Shown piece by piece: positions 27,452 through 33,378 of a DNA stretch of 33,378 bases. The stretch is from Methanobacteriota archaeon. GTDB taxonomy: Archaea; Thermoplasmatota; Thermoplasmata; UBA10834; DTMW01. Under the pieces are notes generated by a model. The model was not told the DNA's origin, searched no databases, and saw only the letters and a list, made by a program, of their open reading frames with translations. Numbering within the stretch: position 1 is the stretch's first letter; every line of letters starts with the position of its first letter. A program made the translations under genes and the position numbers. Location: assembly GCA_011046235.1 (NCBI GenBank), contig DSAX01000065.1:1-33378 (forward strand), given 5' to 3'.

Positions 27452-28312
27452 TTTCGGTTTTCCTATGAGAAGGGATATCCTTAGCCGGTCCCCAAGAGAC
27501 GGGTCCTCGTAGCTTCCGATCATCAGCTTAGAGTTGGGAAGCCAGTTGTGAATCTCCCCGACCACATCCTCGACCTCCTTTTCATCGACTGGGTGGGAGG
27601 AGATAATGGCAAATGCGGAGGGAGAAGATTTCAGGTCGAAATCGAACCAGGGAGATTCGAACGCTTCTCTGATCGCATTTCTGTCCCGGTATGTTCCCCG
27701 GCCCAAGCCCACGCCGAGTCTAAAAGAGCCTGAGTTGCCAGCAACCTGCCTCATTACCGGAATGTCCGCGTTAGTCATCACCCTCGACAGGTCGAGGATG
27801 GGTCTCTCCATTATCGAATTCATTATCTTGAACGCCTTGTCGATAGGCATCCTGGGAACCAGATCCTTCAGCTTGTCGTTCTCGAAGCAGATGAGCAGCT
27901 CGGTTCTCCCCTCAATATCTTTCATCGCTTCTAATGCGGCGTTCCTTCTGGTTTCGCTTTCCACTGAGAAAGGCAAGGAAGAGATGCATAACGCATTCTT
28001 TCCAAGTATTTTGGCGACGGTAGAAAGAAATCTCATCCCGTGGCTTCCTGTTATTCCGCCCAGTCCTGCAATCAATATCGAAATCTCGCACTCCTCGAAT
28101 TTATCCCTGATTTGCTGCGGGATAATGTTCTTGGACAGCATGGATGGATCGGTCAGCGCGAAATTGACAAACTGCTCGGAAGAAATCACGAGCTTCTCTG
28201 CCCGCTGACAGCGCTCCAGGTCCGCTGCCGTGCTCCCAATCGCGACGCTCGGCAGTTTCGTCCCCGCGACGAAGTTGCAGCCCGCGCCTCCGATCCCGAA
28301 AATCTTGAACAT
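27446..28312 (-). CDS. Divergent FtsZ/tubulin-family protein
   Basis: GIGGAGCN, AGLGGITGS (tubulin-signature variant), PFSVE, ENDKL, FESPW, GSYEDPSL. T3 and T7 loops are degenerate and there is no C-terminal tail. Start at ATG 28312. Confidence 0.82.
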   Translation of the reverse strand: MFKIFGIGGAGCNFVAGTKLPSVAIGSTAADLERCQRAEKLVISSEQFVNFALTDPSMLSKNIIPQQIRDKFEECEISILIAGLGGITGSHGMRFLSTVAKILGKNALCISSLPFSVESETRRNAALEAMKDIEGRTELLICFENDKLKDLVPRMPIDKAFKIMNSIMERPILDLSRVMTNADIPVMRQVAGNSGSFRLGVGLGRGTYRDRNAIREAFESPWFDFDLKSSPSAFAIISSHPVDEKEVEDVVGEIHNWLPNSKLMIGSYEDPSLGDRLRISLLIGKPKL

Positions 28313-28624
28313 GAGCGGCTCTCGGCCGGGATTCAATCCGAAAGCCGTCTGGAGAGCGCACATCGTCACTTCGGATTACCGCATGCTGATATAATCTTAT
28401 TGCCAGTAATGCGGAAACGGAGGTAAGGAAAACTTGCCAATATTCCACTCACCTCAGCATAATTAAGTACTTACGCCATTATTCTCAGATAGGGGGAAAA
28501 CGATGATTAACCCAAGGGTATTAGATCTGGAAATATGGGGAGAGGAATTATTTCAATTAAAATCATACGGTTAGAATCCAAATTAATTGGCAAGTATGGA
28601 CATTATTGAAAAAAGGGGCTCTGA

Positions 28625-29731
28625 ATGAGGATATTTCATGTCTCGGACACGCACATAGGATATTCGGCGTTTGCCAGAATCGACCCGGATACTGGCATAA
28701 ATCAGAGAGAGGCAGATTTCTACGCCTCATTCGAGAGATTCGTGGAAATCGCTCTAAAGGAGCAGCCGAACCTTGTGATTCACTCAGGCGACCTTTTTGA
28801 CACGGTTCGGCCTTCGAACCGAGCTATTTCATTTGCACTCAGGCAGATTAAAAAATTGTCCGATGCAGGAATACCGTTCATCGCCATCTCGGGCAACCAT
28901 GAAACCCCGAGGCTTAGGGAAACGGGGAGCGTGTTCAGGATCCTCGAGCATCTGCCCAATTGCAGCTTCGTGTACGAGAACGGATTCGAGAAGATAGTCA
29001 TGGATGGTGTGGAGATCATTTGCCACCCGCATTCTTCCGAGGATGAATTCAGGGAGGGTATGGCAGAGGCATCGAAGATAGAAAAGGAGCATCCACGGGT
29101 AGTGATACTTCATGTTGGCATAGTGGGTTTGGGCGTTTTTCGCACTGATGAAATCAACGAGCTGATCCTGAAACCTTCCGATATGGATCCAAGGGCGGAC
29201 TACATCGCCCTCGGTCATTATCACAAGTTCACCGAGATTTCGAAGAACACGGCCTATGCGGGATCGACTGAGAGGTTAAGCATTTCCGAGGCGGACAGCG
29301 AGAAGGGATTCATCGACCTCGAACTTGACTCCGGAAAGAAAAGGTTCGTTATGCTTCCGACGAGGCCGATGATAGACATACCCGCGTTGAAGGTTGATGG
29401 CGAGGATGCATCGACGGTCAGGGACAGGATATCGGAGGAGCTTGACAGAAGAGAGATCGACGACGCGATCGTCAGAATGGTAATTCGCGGGATTTCTCGG
29501 GAGGCTCATCGGTCGCTTGACCTGAACAGGATAAGAAAATCCGCCCAGAAGGCGCTCAATTTCGAACTCAGAATCGAGAGGGACGAGAAGGAGCAGGTGA
29601 TTAAGGGAGCGACTTCACAAATCGGCTCTCTGGAGGAGGAGTTCCGGAGATATCTGGAACAGCGCTGCCCGGAGCCCGAGGAAAGGAAGAAGCTCCATTC
29701 GATCGCAATGGACTTCTTCGAGGAGAAGTAG
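28625..29731 (+). CDS. mre11: Mre11/SbcD DNA repair nuclease
   Basis: SDTHIG, SGDLFD, SGNHE, ALGHYH, YAGSTER phosphoesterase motifs. Confidence 0.93.
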   Translation: MRIFHVSDTHIGYSAFARIDPDTGINQREADFYASFERFVEIALKEQPNLVIHSGDLFDTVRPSNRAISFALRQIKKLSDAGIPFIAISGNHETPRLRETGSVFRILEHLPNCSFVYENGFEKIVMDGVEIICHPHSSEDEFREGMAEASKIEKEHPRVVILHVGIVGLGVFRTDEINELILKPSDMDPRADYIALGHYHKFTEISKNTAYAGSTERLSISEADSEKGFIDLELDSGKKRFVMLPTRPMIDIPALKVDGEDASTVRDRISEELDRREIDDAIVRMVIRGISREAHRSLDLNRIRKSAQKALNFELRIERDEKEQVIKGATSQIGSLEEEFRRYLEQRCPEPEERKKLHSIAMDFFEEK

Positions 29732-29733
29732 CA

Positions 29734-32157
29734 ATGAGGCTGAACTACATCGAGCTGCGGAACTATCGTAAGTTCGAGAGGATCAAGCTGGAGTTCCCCG
29801 ATGGATTGGTCGGGATCTTGGGAAACAACGGCGTTGGCAAGTCGACCCTCGTAGAATCGGTCAGCTGGGCGCTTTTCGGCAATCAGAAGGAGATAGTCAG
29901 GACCGGCAAGGAGAGCATCAGGAGGAGCGACGCCCCGGATAACGAACCGACTTTCGTGAAACTGGAGTTCAGGTTCGCGGGCGACGAGTACGTCGTGACG
30001 AGGGAAATGAGTGGAAAGTCGCTCTCAATGGATGCTAAGCTGCTCATCAACGGGCATGTAGTCGCCACGGGGGCGAACGAGGTAACAAGCCTCGTACAGG
30101 AGAAGCTTGGAATGGACTACAAGTCGTTCTTCATCTCGGTCTTCGCGAGGCAGAAGGAGCTCAATGCACTATCGTCGCTGACCGAGAGAGACCGGAGGAT
30201 CACGATCGTCAGAATGCTAGGGATAGATCAACTGGACGATATAATAGACAACATTTCGAAATACGAGAGGGGTTCGCGGGAACGGACATCGGATCTCAGG
30301 TCTTTGCTGATAGACGAAGGCGGACAACCGAAGTCAAAGATCTTGGAGTCGAGTAGGAGCGAACTCGAAAAAGAGGCTACCGCGCTTTCGAAGGAAATCG
30401 AGTCGATGCGAGGAAGGCAATCGAAGCTCAAGGAGGAAGAGAAGGATACAGAGGACAGGTTGAGTAGACTATCCGAAAAGTTGCGAGGTCTTAGAGAGGC
30501 GCAGAAACTCCTGGAGAAGGATAAACGGATGCACGATTCAAGAAAGGAAAGAAGAGATCAGCTGGAGGGGGAGATCGCGGAGGCGAGAAAAGCAGCTGAG
30601 GAAGCTTTATCCTTACCGGAGCTGAACTCGGAGTATCAGACTCTCAAGAAGCAGACGGAGCAACAGATCTCGAATAAATCGAAGGCCGAGAGACTGAAGG
30701 AGATCGTGGGGGAAATCGAAGCCATCGATCAGGAGATCGCCGAGAACAGAGAAGAAATAGAAGAACTCAGCGAATCCCTTGAAAAGACCGCTTCGATCAA
30801 GGAAAAGGCCGACAAGACCGTTGAGATGATGAAGGCATCCGAGAAAGATCTCGTCGAACTGAGGAACGAAAAATCAAAGCTGGACCAGCAGATGACCAGC
30901 ATCGAGGAGAATATGAACTCGGAAAGGGAGCACCTATCTCAAATCGAAAAGTTGGGTCCTGAGAGCGTATGCCCTACATGCGAGAGACCCCTCGGGGACC
31001 ACTACGAACATCTCATGGAGAAGATGTCCTCGTCGATGAAATCCTCTGAGAATAAGCTTGAAGAGATACGAATTGCCAAGGAGATTGCAGAATCTGAAAT
31101 CAACGACCGGGCAAAGAAGATGGAGGCGCTCAAGAAGCGGCAGGAGGCCATTAAGCGGGAGGAGATGGCGCTTCAACAGGCCGAGCACTCAATGAAGGCG
31201 GCGAGTAAGAACATCGATAAAAACTCGCGTAGACGAGAAAAACTGGTATCGCAAATGAAGTCGATCGGAGAGATTGAATTCGATTCCGAAAAATTGAGCT
31301 CGCAGGAATCGAAACTCCGAGAGATCGAAAAGAGGAGGGACAGGCTGATAGGGCTGTCCACAATAGCAGGCAGATTGCCGGAACTGGAAAAGACCTTTAA
31401 GGAGATCGAAACTGAGCTGAAAAAGATGGGGGAGAAGATCGAGTCGGTACGAATCGATACAGGTGAAATAGTGAAGCTGGAAACCCTCGAAACCGAGCTG
31501 GTGGAAAAGAGAAAAGAGCTTAAGAAAAAATCGGAGGAGACTTACGAATCGATCGTCGGGCTGTCGGCAAAGAGGGAGTCGATCTCTGCGGAGATGAAAT
31601 CCATCGAGAGAGAGAAAAAATCACTTGGAGAGATCGAAGCACAACTCGCAGGTATTGAGGATAAACAGCGGAGCAGCTCGAAGCTGCTCGAGATAATGAA
31701 GGAGTTCAGAAAGGACCTGATCTCCAGGATCATCCCGACGCTCTCCCAGGTGGCGACGGACCTCATCCTCCAGCTGACGGAGGGGAAATACACCGCGCTC
31801 ACGCTCGACGAGGGGTACAACATATACATCGAGGACAACGGGGAGGAGCACAGGCTGGAGAGATTCTCGGGCGGGGAGACCGACCTCGCGAACCTATGTC
31901 TCAGGCTGGCGATATCCAAGGTGATTTCGGAGCGCGCGGGAACCGAGGGAATGAACTTCATCGTGCTCGACGAGATCTTCGGCTCGCAGGATGCCCTCCG
32001 GAAGAGGAATCTGCTGTCCGCGTTCAACGCGCTCTCGAGACAGTTCAGGCAGATATTCCTGATTACCCATATCGAGGAGATCAAGGACTCCCTCAGCGGG
32101 ATAATCGAGGTCTACGAGGACGAGCGGGGCGTGAGCCACGCGAAGCTGACCGCGTGA
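29734..32157 (+). CDS. rad50: Rad50/SbcC SMC-family ATPase
   Basis: Walker A GNNGVGKS, Q-loop FARQ, coiled coils with central zinc hook CPTC, signature FSGGE, Walker B IVLDE, ITH. Confidence 0.93.
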   Translation: MRLNYIELRNYRKFERIKLEFPDGLVGILGNNGVGKSTLVESVSWALFGNQKEIVRTGKESIRRSDAPDNEPTFVKLEFRFAGDEYVVTREMSGKSLSMDAKLLINGHVVATGANEVTSLVQEKLGMDYKSFFISVFARQKELNALSSLTERDRRITIVRMLGIDQLDDIIDNISKYERGSRERTSDLRSLLIDEGGQPKSKILESSRSELEKEATALSKEIESMRGRQSKLKEEEKDTEDRLSRLSEKLRGLREAQKLLEKDKRMHDSRKERRDQLEGEIAEARKAAEEALSLPELNSEYQTLKKQTEQQISNKSKAERLKEIVGEIEAIDQEIAENREEIEELSESLEKTASIKEKADKTVEMMKASEKDLVELRNEKSKLDQQMTSIEENMNSEREHLSQIEKLGPESVCPTCERPLGDHYEHLMEKMSSSMKSSENKLEEIRIAKEIAESEINDRAKKMEALKKRQEAIKREEMALQQAEHSMKAASKNIDKNSRRREKLVSQMKSIGEIEFDSEKLSSQESKLREIEKRRDRLIGLSTIAGRLPELEKTFKEIETELKKMGEKIESVRIDTGEIVKLETLETELVEKRKELKKKSEETYESIVGLSAKRESISAEMKSIEREKKSLGEIEAQLAGIEDKQRSSSKLLEIMKEFRKDLISRIIPTLSQVATDLILQLTEGKYTALTLDEGYNIYIEDNGEEHRLERFSGGETDLANLCLRLAISKVISERAGTEGMNFIVLDEIFGSQDALRKRNLLSAFNALSRQFRQIFLITHIEEIKDSLSGIIEVYEDERGVSHAKLTA

Positions 32158-33054
32158 TCAGGCGAACTCCCCGAGCTTCTTCTGGTCCTGGATGACTATC
32201 TCCTTTTCCTCGTGCGGGATGCCGAGCAGGTCCATCATGTACAGCGCGTTCTTGGCGGCCTTGGCCATCCCGTGGTTGTTGAAGTATATCCTGACCTCGT
32301 CCGCGTTCTGGATGATCTCCTCAAGGCGGGGCTTCCAGCGGCCCAGCTGCTCCTCGGAGTAGAGGTAGTCGTATCGGTTTATCCGGTGGTCGTCCTCCCT
32401 TTCGTCGTCCTTGAACCAGATATCGTAATTTCTCCCGTGGAACCTGACATAGGCGTGCCTGGCCGTAAGGGAGCGGGTAATCGGAAATGCCGGGCCGTCG
32501 ACTATCGTGTTGGTGATCCCGAACTCCACCAGAAGATCGAGCACATCCGATTTGAGCTCAGTCCCTCGATCGTTCAGCCAGCTCCTGTGGCGGAACTCTA
32601 CCGCGTACTTGAAGCGGTCCGCGCTGACGACCTCGAACAGCTTCCTCAGCTTCTGCATGCTCGCCTCGTCCAGGAGCTTGAAGTACGGCGAGAGCTGGAT
32701 CAGGACGGTGCCGAGGACTCCTCCGTCGGCGAGCGGTCTGATGCAGATATCCTCGAAGCTGGACGCCTGGGCCGCGGCCTTGTCTGCTGCGTCGTTCACG
32801 ATCGTCTGATGGGTTATTATCTGGGGCATCTTGACCGAGAAATCGAAGTCCGGGATCTGAGAGCTCTTCTCCACCCAGCTCTTCACGATATCCTCAGTCG
32901 GCACCCTATAGAAGGTTGAATTAATCTCGACCGTCGGGAAGAACTTGCCGTAGTAGTGCAACCACTCGAACCGCCTGTTTGCCAGGCTCGAGGGATAGAA
33001 CCGGCCTATCCAGTCATCGTATGACCAGCCCGAGCAACCGATCGAGACAACCAT
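32158..33054 (-). CDS. DUF72 family protein
   Basis: IGCSGWSYDDW, VEINSTFY, FSVKMP, LIQLSP, AVEFRH.SW, YVRFHGRN, RYDYLYS, YFNNH. Confidence 0.92.
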   Translation of the reverse strand: MVVSIGCSGWSYDDWIGRFYPSSLANRRFEWLHYYGKFFPTVEINSTFYRVPTEDIVKSWVEKSSQIPDFDFSVKMPQIITHQTIVNDAADKAAAQASSFEDICIRPLADGGVLGTVLIQLSPYFKLLDEASMQKLRKLFEVVSADRFKYAVEFRHRSWLNDRGTELKSDVLDLLVEFGITNTIVDGPAFPITRSLTARHAYVRFHGRNYDIWFKDDEREDDHRINRYDYLYSEEQLGRWKPRLEEIIQNADEVRIYFNNHGMAKAAKNALYMMDLLGIPHEEKEIVIQDQKKLGEFA

Positions 33055-33151
33055 ATCAATAATGATAATTGATTGAAGATAAAAAAATGTTATGCTCCTA
33101 TCTGATTTTTATCACTGTTTTATCTATACCGGCTTTTCGACATCACAACGC

Positions 33152-33158
33152 TTAATAT
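33152..33158 (+). promoter_or_regulatory. Putative TATA box (TTAATAT) for the downstream sRNA
   Basis: Lies ~24 nt before the start of the GC-rich structured region at ~33182, consistent with archaeal TATA-to-TSS spacing. Confidence 0.45.
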
Positions 33159-33181
33159 CCAGGGACAACCTGATATTCCAT

Positions 33182-33377
33182 GTCCGAGGTTCACCGCGAA
33201 AGCGATCGGCCCCGGGCGATCGTGCACCGAAATATGGGCCCCTTCAGGACCTTTGGGTGGGAACCCCAGGCATGACTGAGGGACAATAAGGTGCACAACA
33301 TTCCCCGGGCATGGGTCAGACCAGTGAGAGTGCGAGGAGCATACCGTGACCTGCGTTGTTATGCTCGGGGTACAATG
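33182..33377 (+). ncRNA. Archaeal box H/ACA pseudouridylation guide sRNA (5' GNRA hairpin plus two guide hairpins; may continue past the window)
   Basis: Hairpin 1: stem 33222-33228/33290-33296, K-turn GA 33248-49 / CAU-GA 33271-75, ACA 33298-33300, 15 nt from pocket top. Hairpin 2: stem 33303-33310/33363-33370, K-turn GA 33326-27 / CGU-GA 33345-49, ACA 33372-74, 14 nt from pocket top. Pockets are complementary to conserved 23S rRNA sequences. Folded by eye. Confidence 0.8.
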
Positions 33378-33378
33378 C

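Noticed and set aside
30300-31700. Purine-rich, lower-GC, quasi-repetitive tract inside rad50
   Set aside because: Explained by the Glu/Lys-rich coiled coil; no true DNA repeat or insertion seen
33092-33289. 65-aa ORF on the + strand
   Set aside because: No recognisable motif; it overlaps the promoter and the structured H/ACA RNA, which explains the sequence better
33182-33378. Alternative identities for the terminal RNA (SRP RNA, RNase P RNA, raiA-motif RNA, tRNA, rRNA leader)
   Set aside because: No SRP helix-8 motif, no RNase P GAGGAAAGUCC, no cloverleaf; raiA resemblance is limited to a few short words, while K-turns, ACA spacing and rRNA complementarity all fit H/ACA
1-33378. CRISPR arrays, IS elements, integrases, inteins, defence systems
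   Set aside because: No spaced direct repeats, transposase or integrase motifs, or unexplained in-frame insertions were seen by eye; short or degenerate elements could have been missed

Overview
Gene-dense archaeal chromosomal window with no mobile element, CRISPR array, tRNA or rRNA visible. Archaeal origin is shown by the DKFP-type aroA'/aroB', GHMP-type aroK, Dph5, Trm5 and Mre11/Rad50; a Thermoplasmatota/Methanomassiliicoccales-like anaerobe is my inference only. From left to right: a 5'-truncated PAPS-reductase-family Fe-S protein, a Cys-rich conserved hypothetical protein, carAB, a Cys-type Thi4, and an ACT-domain regulator divergent from a ~12.5 kb, 12-gene operon. That operon joins the archaeal shikimate pathway (aroA', aroB', aroDE fusion, aroK, aroA, aroC, CM-tyrA) with asd, the sulfide-dependent homocysteine trio (MA1821/MA1822/MA1715-like) and aspartate kinase, so it appears organised around aspartate semialdehyde. 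Next come an orphan molybdopterin oxidoreductase, gcvH, a membrane hydrolase, an M42 peptidase, dcd/dUTPase, trm5, dph5, a degenerate FtsZ paralog divergent from mre11-rad50, and DUF72. The last ~195 nt fold by eye into a double-hairpin box H/ACA guide RNA with two K-turns and two ACA boxes. Its pockets match 23S rRNA helix 69 (U1915, E. coli numbering) and the A-loop (U2554/2555). Two aro genes appear to lack ATG/GTG/TTG starts (ACG/CTG candidates). All calls are by motif recognition without database searches.
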